From positions 28,800,424 to 28,864,423 of the forward strand of contig NC_092398.1 in assembly GCF_030028105.1 (NCBI RefSeq): a DNA stretch of 64,000 nt, in the 5' to 3' direction. Source of the DNA: Mobula birostris (lineage: Eukaryota). Positions within the stretch are counted from its first letter, which is position 1. Each line of letters starts with the position of its first letter. A program made the position numbers and the translations under genes. The notes under the pieces are model-generated. The model made no database searches. It was not told where the DNA came from and was given only the letters and a program-made list of their open reading frames with translations. Below are positions 25,316-38,869 of the stretch, piece after piece.

Positions 25316-25832
25316 AATCTTTAAGAAGACAGATAGATTTCTGCAAGTAGAAGTCATCGAAGAGTGTGAGGAAAGAACAAAAGCATCACGCTTTGATGGG
25401 ATTCGACATTATCGTAATGAATGAGGCAAAAGACTTGAGGTGTAAGTGAAAAAAATACAGAAATGCTGGAAATCTTGGACAATTCCAATCAGGTATCTGC
25501 AGTGTTTTTTTTCCTGAGTTTCACAGACCTTCAAAGCCAACCACCTGTTCCAGCTTATATGAAGAGGGTTACCTTCAAGATGGACCAATATGCACTGACC
25601 CCCTGAATCTGCCCGGGTCTGTGGATTCACGTGGGCAGGAGGCATGAGGACAGGTGATCCCTTTAGTGCATGAGTTGGCAAGTCTGGAGTTCAAGGTCCT
25701 TTCACTGGCAGGTCCTGGGGTCAATAACAAATATCGAAGCCTGAAGGTCAAACGGAAGTCTGGAGGTTGATATCGCCAAGATCATCGGAGGTTGGATGCT
25801 CAAAGGCGGACTGTCCTGGGGTTGGAGGACCA

Positions 25833-25865
<33 letters not shown>

Positions 25866-26229
25866 TCGGGAGGAATAGAGCCTGCTTTGTTGTTGTTGAT
25901 TTATTGCTGTTCTGTTGTTGTTTTGTTGCTCATATTGTTCCGATAAACATTATGTTGGCGCCGGAATGTGTGGCGACCTTAAGTTGTGTTGGTTGTTCAT
26001 GCAAACGGCATATTACTCTGCATGTTTGCTTTCAATATACGTGTGACAAATTAATCTTTATCATTACCTTTAAGAAGAAAGATAGATTTCTGGATGTAGA
26101 AATTATCAAAATGAGTAAGTAAAGAGAAAGAATATGTTGAAATCAGAGTATCAGTCCCAATCATATCGAATGAAGCAAAAGACTTGAAGCATTGAAATAG
26201 GCAAGTGAAAAACACGGCATGGGTTTAGT

Positions 26230-27190
26230 GACCATCCGCTTGATATCATCTTGTAGACCTCCATGAAGTCATCTCTTGCCTTCCTTCGCTCCAAGGAGAA
26301 AAGCCTGAGCTCGCTCAGTCTTTTCTCATAAGACATGCTCACCACTCCAGGCAGAATCCTGGTAAATCACCTCTGCACCTTCTCTAAATCTTCCACGTCC
26401 TTCCGATGAGGTGACCAGAACTGAACACGATACTCCAAATAGGGTCAAACCAGAGTTTAATAGAGCTGCAACATTACCTCCTCACTCTTGAATTAAATTC
26501 CCTGACTAATTGAAGGCCAATACACCATACCCTTTCTTAAAGCATAACAGTGGAAAGGTGAACGGTTTCTCTTGGGTATTAACATCTCTGAAGCTCTAAC
26601 CTGGGTTCAACATATTGATGCAATTACAAAGAAGTCTCAATGGCGGCTGTATTTCATTGGGAGTTGGAAGAAAATTAGTATGTCACTACGGACACATGCC
26701 GATTTCTATAGATGTACTATGGGGAGCATTCAAACTGGTTGCATTGCAGTTTGTTATGGAGGGGCCATGACACGGGATCAGAAAACTCTGTAGAAAGTTG
26801 TAAACTCAGCCAGCTGCATCATGGGCACTAGCCTCCTCAACATCCAGGACATCTTCAAAAGGCAATACCTCAGGCAGGTAGCATTCATCACAAAGGACCC
26901 CATCACCTAGGACATGTCTTCTTTTTTGCTACCATCAAGGAGGAGGTATGGGAGCCTGAGGAGGCACATTCAATGTTTCAGGGACAGAATCTTCCCCTCT
27001 TCCATCAGATTTCTGAATGGACAATGAACCCATGAACACCACCTCAGAATTTTTCCCTCTCTTTTTGCAGTACTTATTTAATTCTATATGTCCTGCTTAT
27101 TGTGATTCATAGTTTATATGTCAATAATTGCCATAAGACAACAAATCAACAATTTACATGACATATGCCAGTGGTATTAAACCTGATCTG
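26230..27190. mobile_element. CR1 3' remnant (-) followed by a Rex1-like 3' fragment (+)
   Basis: MSYEKRLSELRLFSLERR; LGINISEALTW...KKSQWRLYF. Confidence 0.7.
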
Positions 27191-27516
27191 ATAACTTGTC
27201 CTACCAAACATTGAGCGATCTATGGATGTGAGCCCCAAGATCCCTTTGCTTCTCCCCACTATTCATTAGAGGCATGCCTAGTTCTGGTCTATCCAATACT
27301 CTCAGCCATTTCTGATAGTCACATGGTCAACGTAAGTGTGGTCTAACAAGTGTGTTGTCTAGCAAGGGAGCAAATGGATTGAAATTGTAACTTATAGTCA
27401 GATGGAACCTGCAACTCAGAAGATTGAAATCACCATGTTTCATGCAATTCATTCGCAACACACCCTACCCTTGAGACGGCTCTTCAACTATCCTTCTTCT
27501 CAATTGTGTTCATCAG

Positions 27517-27796
27517 GGAAGACAGTTGACTCCTACACAGCTCTGTGGTTCTCAGAAACAGGCCTGCGATTTGGTTACGTTGGCAAAGACATCACCTATT
27601 TTGATTTCTCTGTCAGGAAGTTTTTGGCCAGTATTCCACTGTTGAAAGACTTTATCAGTGGTCTGAACCACCTCAAACCCTGTCTTTGAAGTCAACCGTA
27701 CCAAGGAAGTTCTGATCCTGAATGCCAAACTGTCTACATCATAACATCATGGAAGTTATGTTGAACTTGGAACAGAGCCAACTCTACAAATGCAAG
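27517..27796 (+). pseudogene. Frameshifted MHC groove-domain exon (class II/W-type), paralogue of exon 2 at 41305
   Basis: Acceptor tgtgttcatcag. LRFGYVGKDITYFDFSVRKFLASIPLLKDFISGLN aligns ungapped with LQFAYNGETTVRFNYTTGKFVAINPIVKPYMDDLN (12/35 identical). There is a stop at 27687-27689, and a later frame gives NCLHHNIMEVMLNL. The likely donor reads GC. Confidence 0.7.
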
Positions 27797-28381
27797 GCAA
27801 ATTGCTGACAACAGCGCCCCCACCAGTTTATTTACAAAACTACATTTATTATAAATTCAAACCACTACAGTGCATTACAGACTGCATTACAAACAGAAAC
27901 AGGCAAATTATGACTAATACAGTTTAAGCTAACACATTCCTATCCTCATCGAGTATAGCATTTAGCCCCCTGCCACCCAGAGTGCCCAAAGGTCTCGAAG
28001 TACCTCTGTACTACCCATAGTCACTGTGCATGTTATTTTTCCACATCTGCCCAGGCACAGGCATCTCCCTCTCCCTCAAACATTGCCAGGTAATCAGCTT
28101 AGTCAGAACTCTCCACTACCCACCTCCAAAACCCACAGGTAATTATCTTACCCAGCTACCAGGAGCAGATTAACTGGGGCATCAGCCTTTCTCCCTGCCC
28201 CTCCGTACTGGATGACTAAGGATGAAGAGGGTGTGGCTGACAGTGTCCCCACCGTCTGTGCACTGACACAATAAGGTCAGTCAGCATAGGAGCAGGTCCT
28301 GTGGCCCATCATGACTGTGCTGTCCATCAGAGTCACACAGCTCGGGAACAGGCCTTGTTCCTGTCAGTAATCTTATGTGCA

Positions 28382-28984
28382 TGTAATGCCCTGGTTCATA
28401 TATTTTTTTACTGTTATGCTGTTTTGTATTTCATTTTGTGCTGTTCTGTATGAGCTGCTTGTTTTCAGCTTATGTTTGGGTTATTGTTGAAGATAAGAAA
28501 TAGGAGAATTGTGTGCCATCCAATTAGGATGGTCGGATTAGGGGAGGTTTCTCTGGTGAGGGATACTAAGGTTGGGCTTGGGGCTCTTGTCAGAGAGAGA
28601 TGAAGAGAGAACACGCGGGAGAGAAGAGGCTGTAGGATTGGACCCAGAGCAGGACCGTGATTCGACAAAGCCCGGGGTGATCGATGGAGGATCACCGATG
28701 GGGAAACCGAGAGTCCAACTTGTGCACATTAGACTGCTTCACAAAAATGGGCCCTTTTCTTTTTTTTTGTTCTTTCTTCACTAACCCTTTCGTCAAGTTA
28801 AGAATAGTAAAGCTAAATCTTTTAACTGAATGCATTGTACTGTCTGTAATTTCATGCACTCATTTGTAACAGGGTAACAAATTACACACGAACAGGGGAT
28901 TTCAGGGTGGGCTCGTGACTTAGTCTCACATGTTTGGCGGGGCTGGAGATTGTCTTCCCTGGATTTACGAAGCCGAGGATAACA
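28382..28984 (+). mobile_element. Putative solo LTR
   Basis: TGTAAT...ATAACA termini and LTR-like composition. No matching TSD was found. Confidence 0.45.
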
Positions 28985-29507
28985 GAATCCTGTACCTACT
29001 GTCACTTTGTGTACATACAATCAGTCCCTGTGTATAAGCTAATCTTGAGTATATATGGCTGCACTCAAACTCTCACTTGTACATTCTGTTTTATAGAATT
29101 GCTTTTATATTTACTGGTCTTCTAATTGTATTGTTTTGTGACGCTTTGGACTGGGAGTAACAATTATTTTGTTTGCCTTTACACTCCTGTACTGAAGAAT
29201 GACAATAAATAATTTTCGATCTTGAACTGAGTTAATCTGAGCGAGTAGCCTAACGAAGGTACAGTGCATGCCATCCATGCAGATCATTTCATTACAACTG
29301 TGCATTGAGGTAGTACGAGGATAAAACAATAACAGAATACAGAACAAAGAGATACAGTTTCAGAGTGTAAGTAGGTAGACAATAAGCTGTAAGGCCATGG
29401 AGAGGCACACGGTGTGATCCAGAGCCCATCTTGTCATACTAGAGAATGATTCAATGGTCTTCAAACAGCAGGACAGAAACCTGCATTTGGTCCATGTCCC
29501 TCTGTAC

Positions 29508-29588
29508 CAGGGGTTCTCAACATTGTTTTATGCCATGGACCCCGACCATTAACAGAGGCATCTCAGAACCCCAGGAAGGGAACCACTG
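29508..29588. mobile_element. hAT (Charlie-like) MITE
   Basis: Imperfect TIRs CAGGGGTTCTC / GGGAACCACTG. The flanks ctctgtac / ctctaaat resemble a decayed 8-bp TSD. Confidence 0.55.
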
Positions 29589-29697
29589 CTCTAAATCTTT
29601 CCTATCCATGTGGGAATGCTACGAAGGCTTCAAAAGCATGGCAAGGCCTGCAGCACAACACTTAGTCTCTGAGCGTAGCTCACACAAAGCGTTGCTC

Positions 29698-31069
29698 TGT
29701 CATAGTCCGGTCCGTGAATTCCGTGTTCTGGTTGACGGTCCGGCCCATGGTTCCTTGTTCTGGGGTTTCTGGTTTTCCCCAGTTTCTGTTGTCGGCACAT
29801 GTTTCTCGTTATGAGGCTGAGACATAAATACCTCTGCAAAGCAGGGATTCCCTGCTGGACTGTTCTGTTCCCCTCTCTGTCTTTTCCCCCCTCGCCTGAC
29901 TCTCTGCCTGGATACCTCACCTGACTCCTTGCCTGGATGCCTCGCCTGACTCTCTGCCTGGATGCCTCGCCTGACTCTCTGCCTGGATGCCTCGCCTGAC
30001 TCTCTGCCTGGATGCCTCGCCTGACTCTCTGCCTGCTCACCTAGCTTGGACACCCTGCCTGTATCACTGAAGTCTTACTGCTGGAGCAAGACCGGAGCCT
30101 TGTTAGGTCAAGGTAAGGAACTGCCTTTTATTGTGTGGAATTGTCTCTCTGCGTCCACGCCTTCGCTAGATAGGTCTGGCCGTTTGCCGCCACCTTGTGT
30201 TAAGATCTGTCTCCTCATGTTCAGTGTTCTGTGTATGAGTCCCAGCCCCACGTCCTGTTCCCAAGGAGGGGTCCCAGCTCTGTATTCCATGCTCCTGTCT
30301 CTTCTAGTCCAAGGCTCCGTGCTCCAGAAGGACCTCGTCCAGTCTCTGCCCAGTCCAGTCCTATCTGAGTCCTGTCCTTGTGTCTTGCCCTACCCAGGAG
30401 TTCCTCACCCAAGCCATGCCCAGTTCTGTAGCCTCCTCTTGTCCTCACCTAGTTCTGGAGTCCGAGCCCGAATCAAGTCCCAGTTTCTGGGTCCTTGCCC
30501 AGTCCAGTCCTATCGGAGTCCTGTCCATATGCCTTTACCTGTCCTTGTGTCTTACCCTACCCAGGAGTTCTCACCCAAGCCATGCCCAGTCCTGTAGCCT
30601 TCTCTTGTCCTCGCCTAGTTCTGGAGTCCGAGCCAGAGTCAAGTCCTGGTTTCTGGGTCCTTGCCCAGTCTCTGGCTTGGTGTCCATACCCAAGATTCCA
30701 AAACCAAAGACCCCAGCCTAAAGGCCTCAAGACCATAGACCTGAAGCCTGTCTCCAAGCTGAAGCCTCAAGACCTCAAGCCTGTCTCCAAACTCAAGCCT
30801 CGAAAACCCAAGCCTGTCTCCAAGCCCCCAGCCTCCAGTCCTGCAGTCATGTCATGTCCCTGCCTGGTTCTGGGGCCTGAGCCCGAGGCGAGATCCAGGT
30901 TCTGGGTCCTTGTCCGGTCTCTTGCTCGGGGTCCAAACCATAGTCTACGTTCTTGTCCCTGCTCCTTGTCTGTATCTTGTCATGTCCCTACTCTAGTCAA
31001 GTCCTGTTCTTTGTACTTTAGTGTCCGTGTCTTGCATTTTGATCCGCTACCAGCGCCTCCATTGTGACA
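29698..31069. mobile_element. Solo LTR with internal tandem repeats
   Basis: TGTCA...TGACA termini and a perfect 5-bp TSD TGCTC (29693-29697 and 31070-31074). Internal 24-bp gcctggatgcctcgcctgactctct array and larger duplications. Confidence 0.8.
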
Positions 31070-32629
31070 TGCTCTGAATTTCCAGCATCTAAAGAAGCTC
31101 TTGGGTTTATGATTCGATATATGTTTCGATGTACATGTGACAAGTGAGGCTAATCTTTAGATCATTTAATCTTTCATGGCCCAAACACCTTTTAAATGTC
31201 ATAACTATACCTGCTTCAAACATTCTTCTGCCAGCTCATTCCCCACAAGTACATGACTTCGTGTTGGATAAGTTTCTCCTCAGATCCTTTATAAGTCTTT
31301 CTTTCTCACTCTCTTTCTTCCACCCAACCTGGAGAAAAAGATTGTATGCACCTTCTCTCTGTCCCTCACGACTTCACAGAACATTACAGCACAGACGGGC
31401 CCTTTGGCGCAAGATGTTGTGCAGATCTTTAAACCTGCTCCTAGATCAATCTACATCTACACATGAAACACTGGGGCAGAAAGGTTCTTCAAAATGAAGT
31501 TCAGTAGATGTTCCTCCTACTTTATTTAAATCTGTTGCATTTCACCCTTCCTGTTATTCAGAAGATTCATGCATGAGTCATCTCATAATCTTTTCTCTGC
31601 TTAGTGTTTTACCCAGGACTTCAGACCAGAGTCACACTGAATCCTTTAGCCTGGCCAGAGGAAAATCCAGTATTTTCCACTTTTGAGTAACACACACGCA
31701 AAATTCCACAAGAACTCAGCGGCTACAGGAATAAGAGTTGATATTTTGGGCCAAGACCCTTCATAGGGCTCCCATTTTTCCAGTTTTGTAAACTGCTGGG
31801 GGTTAACCTCCCAAATGGACATTAAGTATGTGATGCTACTTTTCTACACTTAAATTGTGGACTCATGGGTTCTCAGAGAAGAATCCGGAACATTGGTGAC
31901 ACATTGGATTTACTATGTACGTATGCCCACAAGGAAATGAATCTCAGAGTTTTGTATGGTGACATATATGTACTTTAATAATACATTTACTTTGAACCTT
32001 GAACAAGGGACATATGATAGAAAAGAAACCAGATCTTATTCAGTAACTGCTGCTCTCTGCTCAAAAAAATATTGTTATGTGGATAATCCAGTGTAATTGA
32101 TTGTAAGGATATTTAAATGAGACCATTTCCTGGTTGAACAAAGGAACACAGCTTGAGAAATCCCCCAGTTCAAATTCAGTGCATTTCAGTGTGCTGCAGA
32201 ATATAATTTTGTGTCTTGGGCACAGAGCCAACACGGGACCTCCCATGTGAAACTTCCCCGAAGCTGAGTTAAGTTCCTCATCTCCCCAAAGAATGCACAG
32301 AATTTAAAATATGCAAATTTATGGAGGATGGAACTGGAAATTTATGTAATATATAGTGTGGCTTGCCGTCTTTCTTCCACTTTGAAATTGGTAAATTGGT
32401 TGATTATTGTTAAGTGTAGGTTTATTTAGTTATAAATATTTTAGGCCCTTCTCCTTTGAGCTGTGCCATCCAGAAACCCCATTTTAATGCTAGTCTAATC
32501 ACAGGACAATTTACAAAGACCAATTAACCTACCAACCAGTAGGTCTGGGGACTGTGGGAGGAAACCAGAGCACCCAGAGGAAACCCACATGGTCACAAGG
32601 AGAACGTACAAACTTCAAGGTGCACATGC

Positions 32630-33545
32630 TGTGCATTCAAGATGCTCGTTTGCACACTGCTGTTTTAATGTGTGGTTACTTGACTCACTGTTGTCTTCCT
32701 GTCAGTATGAACCAGTCTGGCCATTCTCCTCTGACCTCTGTCATTAACATCTTATGATTATGAGGACACACAGACCCCTTTTACTGTCATTTAGTAATGC
32801 ATGAATTAAGAAATGATAAAAATGTTTTTCCAGAAAGATATCACAAAAATACGTGACAAACCGACTTAAAAACTAACAAAAACCACATAATTATAACATA
32901 TAGTTACAACAGTGCAAAGCAATACCATAATTTGATAAGAACAGACCATGGCACAGTAAAAGTCACAAAGTCTCTCGAAAGTCCCATCGTCTCACGCAGA
33001 CGGTAAACCTCCAGCGCTGCCAACTTGCCGATGCAGCATCCCGGAAGCATCCGACCGCAGTCCGACTCTGAGTCCATCCGAACAACTCCGAGCCTCCGAC
33101 CACCTATTCGACACTGAGCACCATCTCTGCCGAGCATTTCGACCCCGGCCCCGGCAACAGGTGATATGCAAAGCCGAGGATTTGGGGCCTTCGTCTCCGG
33201 AGATTCTCGATCGCACAGTAGCAGCGGCAGCGAATCAGGCATTTCAGAAGTTAATCCAGATGTTCCTCTGCACTTTCACCTACAGAACTGCCTCTCCACT
33301 TCTGTTCCTTGGACCAGTTTTTGTAAACTCTAGAGACTTGTATGTGAAAATCCCAGGAGGTCAGCAGTTTCTGAGATACTCAAACCACCCCATCTGGCAC
33401 CAACAGTCAAAGTCACTTGGATCACATTTCTTCCCCCATTCTAATGTTTAGTCTGAACAAAAACACATGCATTGAGCTGCTGTCAAATGATGGGCTGATT
33501 AGATACTTGCATTAAAGTACCCAATAAAGTGGCCCCTGAGTGAAT
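32630..33545. mobile_element. Tc1-like internally deleted DNA transposon, interrupted by an unclassified repeat (~32820-33265)
   Basis: Shares the gaaccagtctggccattctcctctgacc body with the copies at 45.7-48.3, 53.8 and 62.6 kb. Ends with the TIR aataaagtggcccctgagtg. Confidence 0.7.
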
Positions 33546-33619
33546 ATCAAGCATTCACCGGAAATATGTGCAATATGTTGTGTGGCTTGTCCATGTTTCT
33601 CCCACACTGAAATTGTCAT

Positions 33620-35290
33620 GTGACCCCAAGCACAGAATCAGGTTTATTATCACTGACGTGTTGTGAAATCGATTGTTTTGCAACAGCAGAACATTGCAAT
33701 GCATACAAAATGCTATAATTTCAATATATAAATTACAATACATTAAAATAAATAAGTAGAGAGAAAAGAGAGCAAAATAGTATTCATGAGGAAATGGACC
33801 ATTTGGAAATGTGGTGGGCGGGGGGAGAAGAAGCTGTTTCTAAAACATTGAGTGTGTGCCTTCAGGTCCGTGTACCTCCTGTCCGATGGTAGCAATGAGA
33901 AGAGGGTACATCCTGGGTGATGGGGGTCCTTAATGACGGATGCCCCCCTTTTCAGGCATTGCCTTTTGAAGATGGCCTCAAACATCTTGAAAGCAGTAGG
34001 AAAATTTCATTTTGCCTGCCACACCAGCAAATCATTTATCGCATCAGCGCACTGAGATGGTACAAGGGGAAAGCAATCACACAATGAAGAGTAGGGTCTT
34101 CCAGTAACAGAGAAAGCACAGCACAAGCAACAACCAGAGAGATCATGAGGTCCAGGTTCCACCTCATCTGACTAGAGGGCCATTCACCGGCCTTATAACC
34201 AGAATGGAATCTGTCCGTGAGCCCGGTAGTGCATGCTTTCAGGCTTTTGCCCAATGCAGAGGGGAGAACAGAGAATGTCTGGGCTGGGTGGGGTCCTTGG
34301 TTATGTTGGCTGTTTTGCTGAAGCAGCGAGCAGTATATGGAGGAGAAGCCGGTTTCCGCGATGTGCTGAATTGTGTCCGCAGCTCTACAGTTTCATGCAG
34401 TCACGTGCAGAGCCGTTACCCCATCAAGCCATGATGGCATTCTCTGGTGCCGCTGCATATGAGGGTAGAACGGTCACTCGAGTCGGGTATGACACTCTCC
34501 AAAGGGGTTATTCCCTTAATGGAGAACAGCTATGCGTGGCATTGTTCGACGTGGAGATGCTGATGCACGGTCATTGACAGATTCAGGACAGGGTCTAGTG
34601 GCATGGAGTGCAAGGCAACTGGAGACCCGTCACTGCTACAGCCGTCCCCGGCCCTCACTGTCATTGTGATGTGTCATTATCTTCCGCCAGCCCTACAACT
34701 GAGGTCTTAGTTGCTTCGCTCTTTGTCTGGAACTTCTCCGTTAACCTTACCACCGTGGGTGACCCTATCAGGGCCTAAGCTCCAGGCGGCATTACTCTCA
34801 GGACCTCAGGAACTCACGAGCCTCCCCGCCATGATAAGGTGACGACCCTCGGAGAGGGTCAAAAGGGACATGCTAGATTTCTTTAGCCTCCTGAGGAAAC
34901 ACAGGCATTGGTGAGTGCTCTTGGCCTTGGCGTTTAGGTGGTTGGACAAGGATAGAACATTAGTGATGTTCACACCTAGGAATATGAAGCTCTTAACCCT
35001 CTGAGCCTCAGTACCAAAGATGGAAACAAGAACATGTGCCTCTTTCCTGATGTTACTGACAAAGCCTTTTGTTCTGCTGACAGTCAGGGAGAGGCTGTTG
35101 TCACGACTCCATGCCACTAGGCTCTCTTGTATCTTCCTCTCCTCCCCCTCATTGCTTTTTGAGGTTCTGCCCACTACAGTGGTGTCTCCCTCAAACCTGT
35201 AGATGGAGTAGCACAGACTGTGGCCGCACAGTTGTGAGTGTACAAGAAACAGAGAAGGAGGCTGAGGCCACAGCCTAGTGAGATTCCAGA
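33620..35290 (-). mobile_element. Rex1-like LINE remnants with an RTE-related short element at ~34420-34860
   Basis: KRGASVIKDPHHPG...LLPSDRRY; SRDNSLSLTVSRTK...FLGVNIT...CLCFLRRLKK. Confidence 0.6.
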
Positions 35291-35859
35291 GAAGGTAGTC
35301 ACCTCATCCCTGGTTTCTTACGCCACCCAGTACATTGTCGGCAGCTCTTAAGAATTATCACCTGTAATATCTGCACCTCTCTGCTCCTCTAAGTAGCTTA
35401 GTTACCTCTTCCTTCAAACATCTGTTGACCTTTGCAACTATTGCCATTGGCATCTCAACGTCACATTTTAAAGGTGCATTGAATGTCAGAGGAATGTATG
35501 CAATATACACCCTAAAACTCCCTTTCTTTGCAAACATCCATGAAAACAGAGGAGTGCCCCAAAAAATGAATGACGGTTAAATGTTAGAACCCCAAAGCCC
35601 ACCCCCCAGCTCACCCCTCCCACGCATAAGCAGCAGCAAGGCAACATCACCCCTCTCCCCCACCAGTAAAAAAGCATTACCACCCCCACGAAGAACTCAA
35701 GCATGCAGCAAAGCATCAATAAAGACACGGACTTGCAGTACCCCAAAGACTACTCATTCACCCCGTATTCGACATACCGCGGGCTCTCTCTCTCTCTCTC
35801 ATAAGGGGAAAAGAGGTATCCCTGTTTCACAGTGAGAGGAGAGGTATAATAAACAACAT

Positions 35860-38165
35860 ACTTAAAAGCCAGCTGCAACACACATAGGAGTTGCTGGTGA
35901 ACGCAGCAGGCCAGGCAGCATCTCCACGAAGAGGTACAGTCGACCTTTCAGGCCGAGACCATTCGTCAGGACTAAATGAAAGAAAAGCTAGTAAGAGATT
36001 TGAAAGTGAGAGGGGGAGGGGGAGATCCAATATGACAGAAGAAGACAGGAAGGGGAGGGATGGAGCCAAGAGCTAAAGTTGATTTTCAGAAGGGATATGA
36101 AAGGATCATGGGATAGGAGGCCTAGGGAGAAAGAAAACGGGAAGGGGTATGCCCAGAGGATGGGCAAGGGGTATAGTGAGAAGGACAGAGGGAGACTTTA
36201 CCGGCTCAGGGGATCTCCCATCAACTGCTACCAACCTTATAGTTCCCAAAACCACACACTTCCCGTTTCTACCTCCCACCCGAGATCCACAAACCTGCCT
36301 GTCCAGGTAGACCCATTGTCTCAGTTTGCTCCTTCCCCACCGAAATCATTTCTGCATACCTCGACACTGTTTTATCCCCCCTTGTTCAATCCCTTCCTAC
36401 CTATGTTCGTGACACTTCTCACGCTCTGAAACCTTTCAATGATTTTATGTTCCCTGGCCCCCACCACTTTATTCTCACCATGGATGTCCAGTCCCTATAT
36501 ACTTCCATCCCCAATCAGGAAGGTCTCAAAGCTCTCCGCTTTTTTTTTTTTTGGATTCCAGACCTAACCAGTTCCCCTCTATCACCACTCTGCTCCGTCT
36601 CGCAGAATTAGTCCTTACTCTTAATAATTTCTCCTTTGGCTCCTTCCACTTCCTCCAAACTAAAAGTGTAGCCATGGGCACCCGTATGGGTCCCAGCTAT
36701 GCCTGCCTTTTTGTTGGCTTTGTTGAACAATCTATGTCCCAAACCTATTCTGGTATCTGTCCTCCACTTTTCCTTCGCTACATCGACGACTGCATTGGCG
36801 CTGCTTCCTGCACGCATGCTGAGCTCGTTGACTTCATTAACTTTGCCTCCAACTTTCATCCTGCCCTCAGGTTTACCTGGTCCATTTCCTACACCTCCTT
36901 CTGCTTTCTATATCTTTCTGTCTTTATCTCTGGAGACAGCTTATCTACTGATGTCCACTATAAGCCTACTGACTCTCACAGCTATCTGGATTATTTCTCT
37001 TCTCACCCTGTCTCTTCCAAAAATGCCATCCCCTTGCAATTCCTCTGTCTCCGCCGCATCTGCTCTCAGGATGAGGCTTTTCATTTCAGGACCAAGGAGA
37101 TGTCCTCCTTTTTTTTTTAAAAGAAAAGGGCTTCCCTTCCTCGACCATCAACTCTGCTCTCAAATGCATCTCCCCCATTTCACGCATATCTGCTCTTTCT
37201 CCATCCTTCCGCCACCCAACTAGGAATAGCATTCACCTTGTCTTCACCTACCACCCCACTAGCCTCCGGGTCCAACATATAATTCCCCGTAACTTCTGCC
37301 ACCTCCAACGGGATCCCACCACTAAGCACATCTCCCGCCCCCCCACCCGGTTTCCACAGGGATCGCTCCCTACGCGACTCCCTTGTCGACTGGTCCTCCC
37401 CCCATCCCTCCCCACTGATCTCCCTCCTGGCACTTATCCTTGTAAGCAGTATCTCCCACTGGCCACACATTTTAATTCCACGTCCCATTCCCATTCTGAT
37501 GTGTCTATCCACGGCCTCCTCTATTGTAAAGATGAAGCCACACTCAGGTTGGAGGAACAACAGCTTATATTCCGTCTGGGCAGCCTCCAACCTGATGGCA
37601 TGAACATTGACTTCCCAAACTTTCTTTCTCCAGCTTTCTTTCTCCCTAGGCCTCCTGTCCCATCATTCTCTCATATCCCTTTTACGAATCAACTGTCCAG
37701 CTCTTCATTCCATCCCACCCCCTCCTGTCTTCTCCTATCATTTCGGATCTCCCCCTCGCCCTCCCACTTTCAAATCTCTTACTAGCTTTTTTTCAGTTAG
37801 TCCTGATGAAGGATCTCGGCCCGAAATGTCGAACGTACCTCTTCCTAGAGATGCTGCCTGGTCCGCTGCGTTCACCAGCAACTCTTATGTGTGTTGCTTG
37901 TGATGCACCATCAATAACTCCAAAAGACTGGAAGTAGAGTAAATACTGAAAGGCTTTTATTAGCAGTAAAGTGTGACCTCCACCATGCTGAGTATTTGCC
38001 CCTGGCCTGAGAGGAGGAGCAATGGTACAATCGCTTTTATTCAGGGGTCTCTGGGAGGAACCACAGGAGCAGTCAGCAGAGGGGCGTGTCCAGACAGGTA
38101 ACCCAGTTACAATATATATGGTTTACCACAGCTTGCTATTCCAGCATCTGCAGATTCTCTCGTGT
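35860..38165 (+). mobile_element. Penelope-like retroelement: inverted 5' tail, RT, GIY-YIG end remnant, 3' tail
   Basis: VAMGTRMGPSYACLF and FLRYIDDCIG RT motifs; RLEEQQLIFRLGSLQPDGMNIDF C-terminus. The tail is inverted at 35860-36200 and direct at 37610-38165. Confidence 0.9.
37901..38130 (-). mobile_element. 230-bp solo LTR inserted in the Penelope tail
   Basis: TG...CA ends, perfect 5-bp TSD GCTTG (37896-37900 and 38131-38135), and two AATAAAA motifs on the minus strand. Confidence 0.8.
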
Positions 38166-38869
38166 TTGCGTTTTTAAAAGTCTACTGTGTTGCTTTTTCC
38201 GTGCTCTGTGCCCTTTGGTCTCCCAGAACACACCAGGCACCAGCACTGACCTCGAGTCCGTCTGCCTCCAGAGCCACCGGAATCCAGCACACCAAAGGTG
38301 CGCGAGTCTTCCAGGACGCGTCCGTGGCAATGCGAAAAGCAGCCAGTCGTGAGACCCCGACAGCGGGTCCCATTCCTGCAAAGAACCGAAGTCAGCGTGT
38401 CACTCCAGGTCAGTATCTTCAAAAGAACCCTGAAAAGGGAAAAAAAAAGAAATAAATAGAGCTGTTTCCAAAGATGAAAGCAAAGGAATCGCCATTAGGT
38501 GCCATCGGCCTCCTGAGCATCTGATGACACATTAATTGACACAGAATGTCTTCAAAGATGCTACATAAATGTAAAACACACAAAATGCTGGAGGAACCCA
38601 TCAGGTCAGGCAATGTCTAGAGAGGGAAATGGACAATCAACGTCTCACACCGAGAACCTTCACCAGGACTGAAAGAAAGATGGGGGGTGGCGGAAGCCAG
38701 AATAAGAAGGTGGGAGGTGGGGAAGGTGTACATGCTTGCAGGTGATAGGTGAGACCAGGAAAGGGGGAAGGTGGGTGGGATGGGTTGAGGTTTTGAGATA
38801 AGAAGCTGGAAGGTGATTGGTGGAGAAGGTTAAGGCTGAAAAAGAAGGAATCTGATAGGAATAGAAAAT

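Noticed and set aside
29630-31067. Overlapping repetitive ORFs as genes
   Set aside because: They lie wholly within a TSD-flanked solo LTR and follow its tandem arrays.
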